DNA of 64,000 nucleotides from Macrostomum lignano (Eukaryota), in the NCBI GenBank assembly GCA_002269645.1, contig NIVC01000031.1, positions 1 to 64,000 of the forward strand, written 5' to 3'. Positions within the stretch are counted from its first letter, which is position 1. Each line of letters starts with the position of its first letter. Positions 52,575 to 64,000 of this stretch are shown piece by piece. The notes under the pieces were generated by a model. The model had not been told where the DNA came from. It worked only from the letters and a program-made list of their open reading frames with translations, and made no database searches. The position numbers were made by a program, and so were the translations under genes.

Positions 52575-54810
52575 TTGGGGCGTGGCGGGTACTGCCTGCG
52601 TCCTCACTCTCGGATCACAAGTTCATCTCCTTCAACCTGATGGCCACAGCGCAACTCGTGTTACGTGGAGACGGAACGCCAGAAACACTGATTGGGAAAC
52701 CTTCGGGCTCGCCCTGAAGGAGTTCCATCGGTCTCCTGGCCAACCATCCACGATCACGTCATGCCAAGAAGCGACCATGAAGCAATCCATGAGTTTAAAA
52801 GGCAGGTTAGGAATGCAAAAGCTCAAAAATGGCGACAATACTGTGATTAGCTAGGGGGCTCACGCCCCACCTCCAGAGTTGTGAAAGCGCTCACGCTGGA
52901 CAAAATGTCTAAGCTCTCCTGGGTCAAACGCACCGACGGTACGTTCACGGACAACCCAGGGGAAACGCTTTGATGTAATGCTCACTGCGCTTTTACCCCA
53001 ACGAGCCAGCTAACCCAACCACTCCGGATCACTCGGAGGGAGGTCACGCCCTGGCTGCCTCTATCATCACGGAGGACCGCATCGTGAGAGCGGCAAACTC
53101 CTTCAAACCTTTCAAAGCCCCAGGACCCGACGGTATTGTACCGGGAGGCGGTTAAATTCCCATGCAGGCTTCCTGCGTAAACTTTGCAGCCTTTTTCGGG
53201 CGTGCGTCACGCTTGGTTATGTCCCACAGGCATGGACGGAGGCAAAGGTGATTTTTATCCCTAAGCCAGGGCGTCCGGACTACCATTCTATCAAATCCTT
53301 CAGACCGATCAGCCTGACCTCCTCCCTGCAGTCAAGCTGATGGAGAGACTGGTGCTTTGGCGCCTTCTCTCTGTTGAGCTGAAGAACAAACCTCTCACAG
53401 AACCAAGTGGCAGATTCGGCCGCTCACGCTTTACGGAAGGGAAATCCCCTTCTGCAAGCAGGCTAAATGTCTAGGTATTACCCAGGACCACAGGCTGGAC
53501 TGGTCACCCCACTTTATTTCATGCGAAAGCCAAGAGGGCCCTTTCCGTCCTCGCGCAATTGCGCAGGGCTGTCGGCACCACCTGGGTGGGGGCTCAACCC
53601 CAAGCGCCTCTGGTTCATCTACACTGCAATGGTTAGGCCTGCTATCTCGTATGGCGGCCTGATCTGTGGTTAGCGCCTTGCAGTTAAAGACCTGCCTGGA
53701 GGCTCTCAGGAGAACGCAAGGGCGGGAATGCCGCAATGATCTGAGCGCACCCCCGTCTGCTCCTTTACGATGGCCTCAACGCCTTCCTCAACATTCCCCC
53801 GCTGGACGTCTTTGTCCGCAGGGAAGCGGCTAGGACTGCCCGCCGTCTAATTGACACTGGCATTCCTATCCTGTCCCACAGGGCCATGGCTAAGCGCAAG
53901 CTCCTGTCTCACGCCTACCTCTGCCTCAAAGACTTGAGAGACGGCGGCGGGCGGGCTCCACGTCTTATCTGACGGTGAACCCCGAACTCTCAACCTCTTT
54001 CAGCGCTACAAGCAAGTTTCTTTCGAAAAGATACATATAAGGTCACCATCCCCTCTAGTATAGGGATGCTGCCATGCAATGACCACTGGAATTTCCAGGA
54101 GGTCCACTGCTACACGGACGACGGATCCATCAAAGATCGCCTCGCCGGCTTTGGGGTTTGCATCATCAACGGCCGCGTCATTGCCACGCATGCCCAGCAC
54201 ACTGGCAGACTCTCCACGGTCTTCCAGAACGAAGTCCTTTTCATCAGCTCCTGCGCTGCAGAGCTGAACGCCAGTTAAGGGTACGAGAGGATCGAGACTA
54301 TATTTTATTGACATCCACTCTGATAGCCAAAGCGGCTTTACAGGCCCTTTGCCACACCACAACGAACTCCCGGACAGTCGCCGACTGCGTCTGGCAGCTC
54401 AACCTCCTGGCCAGTAGCAATACTGTGCTTTCTCCGAGCTAGGCGACCTCGAGAGTAAACTCTGCCCTTTTTTGCGAGAGTACGACAATGAAGATGCTCA
54501 GCACTTTGTTTTGTCACATGCCCTTTCTTTACCAGAGGCCGGCTACGCTACCTGGGGCCGAACCCGTCCATTGACGAGGTCTGCCAGCCTGACAGCATCC
54601 CACGGCTCATCAAAAGTTCCTTCGGGCGACAAATAATTAAGACGAGCCACTTTCTTCCCCACGGAAGATCACACTGCAGCAGGACGGACCGGCGGACCAC
54701 CCTGACCGGCCCCACGCCTCTGCCTGTCTGTGGGCCTTCAGGGGCTAGCGGAATGGGCCACCCTCGCTTTTCCCGCTGTGTATACGGACCATATGCACCC
54801 TGCAGCTGAG
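52575..54810 (+). mobile_element. Degenerate non-LTR retrotransposon of the I group (LOA/R1-like) with RNase H
   Basis: Endonuclease tail SDHKFISFNL...NTDWETF; RT start FKPFKAPGPDG, YVPQAWTEAKVIFIPKPG, KSFRPISLTS; KCLGIT..DHRLDW; IYTAMVRPAISYG; RNase H YTDDGS, TVFQNEV, IHSDSQAAL; C-terminal CPFC...H zinc-knuckle remnant. Many stops and frameshifts; RT core deleted at ~53400. Confidence 0.88.
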
Positions 54811-56082
54811 TCAAATACAGTTAGTCAAGGCTGTACTGCAATTATGATTTGATATGAGTTCCTAAAATGCTTTTAAAGCAAACTCTAAATGCAATTTGAC
54901 CTAATTAATGCAGCATACAACAGAAATAGAAGTTTTACCAAGCAAACAGTTATCAATCTCTGTAAACTACATCCTACCGATACGGAGCCCTCGTGCAATA
55001 TCCATGGATATTCGAGTCTCAGATAAACAAACTGATGAAAAAATCTAAATTGAATAGAATTCTATATTTTTCACAGTGATTATGTCTACTAAGTGACACA
55101 CTGGAAAAAATAATAAATCAGAAAATGCGCTACTTTGTTCTAACTGGAACTTTTGCGTATAAATTTAACATATACTGTTTACAGGAATTACGAAAACCAG
55201 GAAGCAATGGAGGGTCATGTTGATAAGAAATCGTCACCAGAACCTAACCTGGCAGAACCTAGACTTATTTGGGAAGTGTTAGCAATGACAGACGGATAAA
55301 AGTTAAAGCAATAAGAGAAAACATGTAGTTGCTTTATTAATTTTTGGGTTTGCTTGCTTTATTTAAAACAAACCGTTTGGTAGGCCTAATGGTATCATAT
55401 CATACATCTACCTTCGATTAGAGATTCTTGATATTGTTGTATCATATAGTGTCGATATATTAGTCACATCAGCTGCAGTATTGCTCATCGATTCGTAAAT
55501 TTTCAACTTCAGACTTATTTTAGCTTTTAAATGGCTTCCTTTAATGACCTTTTTTACTGGTGTTAGGTTAGGATAAGCTAGGGCCTAAGGATTAACTTAA
55601 GATAAGTGTAAATGTAACTAATAACAATTTTAGTATTATTTTGACTGTACATAACTATTATATTGTCTTGGATTTAGACTTAGTATCAAAGCCAAATTAA
55701 AGTAAATACAATAGTGGCATAGGCCTAGTGGCCTCCCATAGTCAGAATCATATAGCACAACTGTGCTGGAACAAATCTTAGAGAGCTGATTAAGAGAAAG
55801 CTGTAACAAGTCATATACTATAACAGATCCTAATGTTCTTGCATATCAAAATAAAAATTTAAGAGTCAAATACTTAGTAAATCAGAATAAGACAAGTTAA
55901 TATCTTAGACAAACAATAAGCCTAGGCCTACCTGAGTTTTTAGTTAAAGTATATTTTTAGCTATTAGGAGATAGAAAACTATCAGTATTTATAACAAGTT
56001 GTATTATAGCATTTATATTATATTTTTATTTATGTATTTATAATATTATATGCTACACTAGCATACTATAGCCTTATTTTAT

Positions 56083-59000
56083 GGTTGACAATGATTTTGT
56101 CTGCTATGTTTTGTCTGCCACTTTTTTGTCTGATAATATTTGTAAAGTCATTTTATCTACCAAGGGGGTCATTTTGTTTGCCATGAAAATTTTCAAGTAG
56201 GTCTATTTTATACAATCTACTTATTCAACTTTTACTTATCTTTTATTGGGCTGTAAAACTGAAACTAATATTTGTTTATTTGATAATATTTGAAATTTTA
56301 AATTGGTAATATTTAAATTGGATAGTTAATAAATAAATTGAAAGTAAAACTATTTTAAATTGAGCATTAAAAAGTAGAAAGATAAAGTAAAAGATGTAAA
56401 GTAAAAATTGGACAGCTGATATCCTATAGTTAGATAGGCCTATAGTTAAAGTGACATGTAGCTATGTAGTTAAAGTGAAACAACCTTGTTACAATGTTCC
56501 AGAAGACTAGCAGCAGTAAGATAACCAGCCTAATAAGGCTGTCCATGCAACTTGTAGTGTGGCATTATGACATCTGCCACTTTGATTCAAGTGTGGTGTT
56601 GGCAGAGGTGCTAGGCCACAAAGCTGCAGCCCTAGCAGGGTTGTTTGATCTGCTAGGATACCTTTTAGAGCAAAGATATTCATACATGCATTAGTATGTC
56701 TTTTTAATCCCATCCTAAGTGCCAACCCTCAAAAGCATTGTTTGTCCTGTCAACAAGCAGGTATGCTGAGAGGGACTAAATACTCCTAATGGAATGTGAC
56801 AGCCATGTAGAATCAATATAATTAAATAGATCTGTAATCGGCTATGATGTTGACAGTGGCCGCAGGCCTTCAAATGCAGCTTTAATGTTGCTAGCTAGGC
56901 AAATATGGCAGGGCTATTAGCTGTCTACACAAAGCGCAGGTAGGTCTATGTGTTGCATATGCTAGGATAAGGCCAAGCAGGCCAATTCTACAATAAACTG
57001 CTTGGCTAGAATAAAATATGCAGCTATTTAGTTCCACATTTGGGAAGACTTCTCTCAGTGCCTACCAGATAGCAAGCTTAAAGTCTAGCATTGCATGCAT
57101 CACTGCAGCTTCAAAAAGCAACAAATAAAGCCACATAATCAGCCTTTGCACATCTAGACATGATTATGTATGCAAGTGCACAGATCCATCTTGTTCCACC
57201 AGATTAAACTACACCATGTATGCTGTATAATTGTACAAATGGCTCCTTAACTATGCTGAATGTCCCATCAAGAAACTAGTCTAGGCAGTGTGATAGTGCA
57301 TTTAGCTGCTTAGGACTTGACAGCACAATGTGCCTCTTCCTTGTCCATGCAACTGCCACATCTGCATGCAGAAAAGGTTGAGGGATGTCGTCATTGCTTA
57401 AGTGGAATTTGAGTGTTGCTGGTTGCTGTTGCCTTTGATTCTGTCAGAGCCAATTTGCCTGATGTGCCAACTGGTCTAGGTTTGGAGCCTGGACTTGAAA
57501 CTTGTCTGTATGCTTGCTCATGGCTGCCTCAGATAGAGCCTTAGCCAGAACATATTTTGCCTTCTTTGCAGCACCCTTGACTTGTAGTGCAATTATTCTA
57601 CACAAATCAGCATCAGTGTTAGGCTCACAAGTATGCCTCTTCGATAGGTGATATGTGCCACCAGGTGACTCAGTAACATTGCCAGCACACCTGACTGAAT
57701 GATTGTATACTACACATTTCTAATACTTGGAGCCACTTTTCTCTCCATTGCATCTAAGAACATAGCCCAGACATACATGCGCAACAGTCGGCCGAGTCGG
57801 CCGATCTGGCCGACCAATTTGGCGGCCAACCAAGGAAGTCGCAAAAATGCCCACCCAAAAAACCAAAGTAGTAGTACTAAGTAGCTGACGAGGCATTTTG
57901 ACTAAATAAGACAGTCATAGTTACTCCTGCCGTTTACCTAAACTTGCGTTAATTTTGCTTTAGGGTTTTTTTGCATTTTTGGCCAAAAACTAAGTCGCAT
58001 TTTTGTTAAAACTAAGTCGCATGGCCGACTGAATTTTGGAGGTTGCGCATGTATGAGCCCAGAGACAATATTAGTAAATTGCCACCTCGCTTGCTAGCAC
58101 CAAGCTGCAAATTGAATGCCCCAGCCTCCTGCACATCAGCCTCATCAGCTTCCTGAATGACATCAGCCTCATTAGCTTCTTACACGACATCAGCCTCGCC
58201 TCTTTAGTCACTTTAACACTGAAAACCTCAGCATGTAGAACATCAGCCACCTCAGCCCCCTGCATATCAGCCACCTCAGCCTCCTGCACATCAGCCACCT
58301 TAGCCTCTTGCACATCAGCCACCTTAGCCTCCTGCATATCAGCTACCTCAGCTTCCACATCAGCTTCTTCAGCATTGAAATCCATCACTTCAACCACCTC
58401 AATATTGATAATCTCAACGCCATAGTTCATGGCGATTCCAACTTCCAAAGGTGTTACATCTAAAGTTTTGTAATGTGTGCATAGCCAAATAAACACAGTC
58501 ACTTTTAGCACTCAGCTTGCGGTACTCATCCTGTGAGATGCCTGCAATGCAACTTTAAACTGTTAAACTGTAACCAAAATGTACATATAGGTCTACTTAG
58601 TACATGTATTTATATCTCTACATTACTAAATTATTAAGAATTAGGAATTTTAAAGTTTCACTGTTTAGGAATTTACATGAATGACATGTCCAATATTGCC
58701 ACTTGTCATATCTATTGTACTGAAAAGCTTGTTGCTTTGTTCTGACAGCATTTAGACATGCAATACATTTGCTCATTTTGTTGACAGGACCAAGTTAGAA
58801 AAGTTTTGATTGTCATTTTGCTATAGCATGCCAAATTTAACACAATAGTCAACTGACTCTTGATTTAATGTACAGTGTACTAGGGGGTGTTGCATGCATC
58901 ATAGTATGGCCCACATTGCTAATAGGCACCTACTGCCTAGTGCTTGCATGACAAAATTAATGTTATTCCTGGCACGCAAATGCTATGTACATCTAGTGTG

Positions 59001-59157
59001 TGTCTGCACACAGTGTTGCTGATAAATAAATATAGACACACAACTCTCAGGCTCTCAATTAGTTTCACTCTCTACAATTGCATCCAATTTGTCTGCTAGA
59101 AAAAGCTGTCTTGTCTCCTAGCAGACAAAAAGGTGGCAGACAAAATCACTGCGTACC
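56083..59157 (-). mobile_element. Decayed MULE (Mutator-like) DNA transposon
   Basis: Minus-strand remnant ~57690 to 56500: FLHADVAV...RHIVLSSPKQLNAL..*FLDGTFSIVKEPFVQLYSIHG...MSRCAKADY...LDFKLAIW*ALREVFPNV...SQAVYCRIG...LIALPYLP...DRTNNAFEGWH. Imperfect TIRs with GATTTTGTCTGC/CCAC.TTTTTGTCTG at ~56083-56133 and ~59121-59157. Confidence 0.82.
57772..58055. mobile_element. hAT-type MITE (284 bp) nested in the MULE
   Basis: 14-bp perfect TIR CATACATGCGCAAC / GTTGCGCATGTATG; perfect 8-bp TSD AGCCCAGA (57764-57771 and 58056-58063). Confidence 0.92.
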
Positions 59158-60574
59158 TATTCTACATATATGTATATGCATATAACATATTTAGCCTTTT
59201 TGGAATAAGTTTTGAAAACCTGCAAATGTATGATATGGGGTCTAAAATTGTAGCTCAAAAATGCAATGCAACACAGATAATCTTAACTTTTGCATTAAAT
59301 AGAAGCATAGTTGTACTAATTAGATAACAAGGCATTTAGCCTTAATAAGACAATTATGGTTATTCCTGCTGTTTACCCAAAACTGTTCCATGCTGTGACA
59401 CTACCTGCCTTGACTCCAGTCACAATGTAATACTAGAAAATTCCCAAATTGCAACAGATGGTCAGACACCCTTTGTCCACTTATTCAAATAGGGCATACA
59501 AGCTATTAAGCATTATGACCAAAATCCCTATAGCTAAACTGGTTTATAGGCAAAATAGTTTGCAGGTAAATTCTATATAGCAGAAATCATTTGGATGCAA
59601 AATAGTCAAACTTCTATTGAAGTACTTTAAATACTTTTTATTTGATAAAAATAGAAAAGAAACAAGTTTTTAAGGGCACAAAGTTTAAAATTGTTTTTTT
59701 CTTATTCTATGTTCCATAATGACAGTATTGCATGTAGCGTATTCTATGTAAAGTCACTTTATTTGATCCTAACATGTATGTAGATATGTCATAGATATAA
59801 GCCAAAAAATTTCCACTGTATCATGTACACTGGGATGTATGCTAATGTATACAGAAAAATGACAAGTACCCTTGTATGCTAGGAAATCCTGACATACATG
59901 TTGCCTTCTAAACTATAAAAGATAAACAAGAAATCATTGGAAAAAATGTTCCACTTATATAGGGAATCTGAAACTCTTGATTTAGTGTTCTGCGGGTACT
60001 ACAACTATACTCATTAAAAGTAAGCAATGGCTATAAACAGTGGATAATAAATTTAGTAGGTAGTAGCCCTGATGTAGAATGTTACTGCCTTTTAAATTCA
60101 TGAAATTAAAATTAAAACTATATGTTTATATAAATTTTGATTAACCTTTTACATTATTTTTTATCCTATTTTATGCTTTGTTAGATACTCTATCACTTTT
60201 TGATATAATTAGCATTCATACTATTTTTCTTTAAAGAGTATTGCAAAGTTTGACAAATTTTGTTCATTCTAAATGTAAGTTATAAAAATATCAAAATGAG
60301 CTAAAAGTTAGCTACTGGTCTGTTTTACTAAACTGTAAATTTATAAAAAAATGTTTTATTATGCTAAGAAAAGCTAAAAATGTTTAATTCAATGGCACAT
60401 ATGCAAGGGATTGAGGCTAAAATTTTATATCATTTGAGTATTCATGTCATTCATAGTATAAAGTTTTAGTATATGGATAGTTTGAAAATACTGTTGTAAT
60501 CAACCCTTGTGTTAATTGCTATATTTTTATAGCTGTCGGTGGTTTTAAAATGTACTAAAAACAAATCTAGTAAA

Positions 60575-60707
60575 CTAATCTCAGTATCTAATCTTACTAT
60601 CTCTAAGGACATCTAGTCTCATAATATTTATACATAAATTGTATCTCACTATTTATACAGAAATCTAATCTCATCATCTCTACAGATATCTAATCTCATC
60701 ATCTCTG
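60575..60707 (-). repeat. Degenerate inverted copies of the 25-bp minisatellite found at 63170-64000
   Basis: CATCTCTACAGATATCTAATCTCAT here is the reverse complement of (G/A)TGAGATTAGATGTCTGTAGAGAT(G/A), apart from transitions. Confidence 0.7.
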
Positions 60708-60838
60708 AAACAAAAAATAAATTCTTTGATATATTACAGTAGCTTAAATAATCCTCAGGCTTCTCATGTATTTGGTATGTAATTTTTGTGTCAATTTTAA
60801 TTGCTTAATTCATTTTTTACTGTTACTGCCATTCCAAG

Positions 60839-63159
60839 ACACAAGCAGCACTCAAATGTGGCTTGACGACCAGTCAGATGATTTTGTAGACAGCCACCCA
60901 AGCTGGTCAGTAGTGCAGCTGGTGCTGGCCTCCCTGTGCTGCATGTCTCTGGCTGCATTTGTCAAGCTGCAGGAGTGCTTCTATTTTGGTTCGGGCTGGA
61001 CTTTGATGGGTTTTGTACTGTTCATGCTGATCATTGGCTCGCCAATGCTGTACATACAGATCCGGCTGGGCAATCAGTACCAGAGAGGCATTCTTGGATT
61101 GATGAAGAAATTCTTTCCATTTAGCTTTGGTAAGTTCATTGATCATCTTTGACTGCCTACTAATAAGTAGCAAGATATAAGATAATAAGTAGCAATTGTT
61201 CGTGAGAGGTTTCTCTTCTTTTTCATAAATCTGTCTATGGTAGAACCCTATTTGATGCAGCATATTCTACAAAAAATCACAGTTGAAAACGAGAAAAATG
61301 TGTTAAGTTTATTTAAATCCTAGATCTACTGTATTCTAAATCAATATCCTAAGGCCTAGAAAAGAACATTGAGTTTGCAAAAAATGTTTTAATATTAAAC
61401 ATCACTCAATACCCAGAGTCAATAATAATTACTTTATGAAAAAACAACATCTATTATGTATAATATTGATGATGAATTCTAATTACAACTAACTAAAATA
61501 CAAGCCTGCAAAATGTTTTCTCAAACACTTATAGTTGAAAATTGGTAAATCGTAGGAAAAAAATTGATCATAAAAAATAGTTAACAAATTTTTTTAATAA
61601 ATGAAATATAAATGATATATATCTTAATTAACATTTATTAATAGCAAACTAAATTTGATTAAATGCATCATTTTTTTCAAAAATCGCAGGTTTCGGTTTA
61701 GCCATGATCATTCGCAATCTAATTAGCATAATCTACATCTCGGGCGTGATGACGCACTGCCTGTCGTACATATTCTTCTCTGTTTACCCGTGCGATAGTC
61801 GCTATTGCGTTGGCGCCACCTACATGTGGGGCAGCTGCGCCGACGAGTGGAATAAGAAAATCGAGTGCCGCCCGTGAGTAGTATATATGGAGCTAAATTA
61901 TAGATGTTATAGATATCTGTCATATTAGATAAGGATGAAGTGAGATTAGATATCGATGGCAGGGAGATCGAATACAGTATGATCTGATATTAAATAGAAA
62001 AAGAATGAATAAATGAAAATTAGATATGAATGAAATGAATGAGGTTAGGGATATATGGATAGAGAAATTAAATATACATAAAAGGTGATTAGATATAAAT
62101 TAAGGGTATTAGATATGAAATAAATAAGATTAGATCTGGATGAAGTGAGATTAGTTATGGATGAAGTGAGATTTGATAGAGATGAAGGAGATTAGATATT
62201 GGATAAATGAGTTTAGATACGGATGAAGTGAGATTAGATACAAATTCAGTGATATTAGATAAAGATTAAGGTGATTAGATGTGGGATAAATGGGATTAGA
62301 TGTGGGATAAATGGGATTAGATATGGATGAAGTGAGATTAGATACAAATTCAGTGATATTAGATAGAGATTAAGGTGATTAGATATAGGATAAATGGGAT
62401 TAGATATGGATTAAGTGAGATAAGTTATGGATTCACTAAGATTAGATATGAATATAATGAGATTAGATATGGATGGAGATTAGATATAGATGGAGATTAC
62501 ATTTGAATGGCAGGGAGATTATATATAAATGAAGGGAGACAGAAATCAATAGTGGATGATAAACCCACTGAGTTCCGATTACTCCTTCAGCCTGATGGCG
62601 CAGACACAGCACGGGCCCACTCCAGAAGAAGGCTTCTACCTGTACTTCAACATGGACATCAGCAACAGCATCTCGGATATCTGGTTCCCGCGCTGGTTTC
62701 TAATGGACGGATTGAATGTTGTGCCGCATCTGCTGAACTGGATATTCATATTTCTGGTTGTACTGTGGGGACCTCGCGTGCTGGGCATCCTACTGTACAT
62801 CTTAGCCCCCCTGGCTCTGATTCTGTTCTTAATTCCATTCGGAGTTATCATTGGCAACGCGTCTCATCAGCAGTTGGACAAATACTGGCAAAGATTCTAT
62901 AAGAATTTTGCATCGACCATACCGTTGAATCGATTGGCTTGGGATACCTACGACTTTAGCCCGCCTCTGTGGGGCTTGTTCTCTACCATTGTACAGCTGG
63001 CCAGCATGATGCATATCTGGCATGGAGTCTGGCCCTCCGTCGGGTCCTGGGTGCCCAGGGGACGTAAGACTATGCAGTTCAGCTTTCTGGGAGTACTGCT
63101 CATCTTCGGTCTGGTGGTGCAACTGCCTTCTCTGCTGGCTGTTGTGAGCTATGCTGCCG
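60839..63159 (+). CDS. Atypical SLC6 (sodium:neurotransmitter symporter family)-like transporter, partial; continues beyond the window
   Basis: Exons 60839-61129, 61690-61873 and 62591-63159, GT-AG and phase-consistent. SLC6-like spacing: FMLIIGSPMLYIQIRLG (cf. GIPLFFLELALG), FFPFSFGFGLAM (cf. PLFKGIGYAM), WGSCADEWN..EC (EL2 disulfide), PEE...ISNSISD, NWIFIFLVVLWGPRVLGILLY (cf. WxxVYxxIxKGxxxxGKVVY). Confidence 0.8.
61930..62520. repeat. Degenerate GATTAGATATGGATGAAGTGA-like intronic repeat
   Basis: Direct inspection. Confidence 0.75.
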
Positions 63160-63169
63160 GTGAGTGCTC

Positions 63170-64000
63170 GGGGAGATTGCTGAGATTAGATGTCTGTAGA
63201 GATGGTGGCATTAGATGTCTGTAGAGATAGTGAGATTAGATGTCTGTAGAGATGGTGAGATTAGATGTCTGTAGAGATGGTGGCATTAGATGTCTGTAGA
63301 TATGGTGAGATTAGATGTCTGTAGAGATGGTGGCATTAGATGTCTGTAGATATGGTGAGATTAGATGTCTGTAGAGATGGTGGCATTAGATGTCTGTAGA
63401 TATGGTGAGATTAGATGTCTGTAGAGATAGTGAGATTAGGTGTCTGTAGAGATGGTGAGATTAGATGTCTGTAGAGATGGTGAGATTAGATGTCTGTAGA
63501 GATAGTGAGATTAGATGTGAGATTAGATAGTGAGATTAGATGTCTGTAGAGATAGTGAGATTAGATGTCTGTAGAGATGGTGGGATTAGATGTCTGTAGA
63601 GATAGTGAGATTAGATGTCTGTAGAGATAGTGAGATTAGATGTCTGTAGAGGGTAGAGATGGTGAGATTAGATGTCTAGAGATAGTGAGATTAGATGTCT
63701 GTAGAGATAGTGAGATTAGATGTCTGTAGAGATAGTGAGATTAGATGTGAGATTAGATAGTGAGATTAGATGTCTGTAGAGATAGTGAGATTAGATGTCT
63801 GTAGAGATGGTGAGATTAGATGTCTGTAGAGATGGTGGCATTAGATGTCTGTAGAGATAGTGAGATTAGATGTCTGTAGAGATGGTGAGATTAGATGTCT
63901 GTAGAGATAGTGAGATTAGATGTCTGTAGATATGGTGAGATTAGATGTCTGTAGAGATAGTGAGATTAGATGTCTGTAGAGATAGTGAGATTAGATGTGA
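63170..64000. repeat. 25-bp minisatellite (GTGAGATTAGATGTCTGTAGAGAT(G/A)) x ~33, running off the window
   Basis: 25-bp period by inspection. Confidence 0.95.

Noticed and set aside
55184-55310. Short ORF/exon MEGHVDKKSSPEPNLAEPRLIWE as the SLC6-like first exon
   Set aside because: The best donor is phase 0 but the next exon needs phase 1, and there is no homology support.

Overview
Intron-rich animal genomic DNA with GC-rich exons and AT-rich, microsatellite-laden introns. The style suggests an invertebrate, possibly a Macrostomum-like flatworm (inference only). Main content: (1) a ~32-kb minus-strand gene (about 45275 to 13522, ~29 traced exons, ~6,600+ aa) for a giant, highly divergent axonemal-type dynein heavy chain. 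Its AAA1 Walker A/B and AAA4 P-loop have degenerated, the stalk/MTBD is retained, and it carries a ~1,100-aa acidic repeat tail. (2) An intact 6-exon SCCPDH gene head-to-head with it. (3) The 5' exons of an atypical SLC6-like transporter. (4) An F-type lectin gene whose first domain exon is split by an RTE retrotransposon. (5) Transposon relics: Tc1/IS630-like, LOA/R1-like, MULE and a hAT MITE, plus two solo minimal hammerhead-ribozyme motifs. The MULE region (55.6-60.7 kb) is almost stripped of CpG, including apparent CG-to-TA double hits. Several frameshifts and garbled duplications look like long-read consensus errors. Most ORFs in the supplied track are artefacts of simple repeats or antisense shadows of exons. 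All counts and alignments were done by eye.
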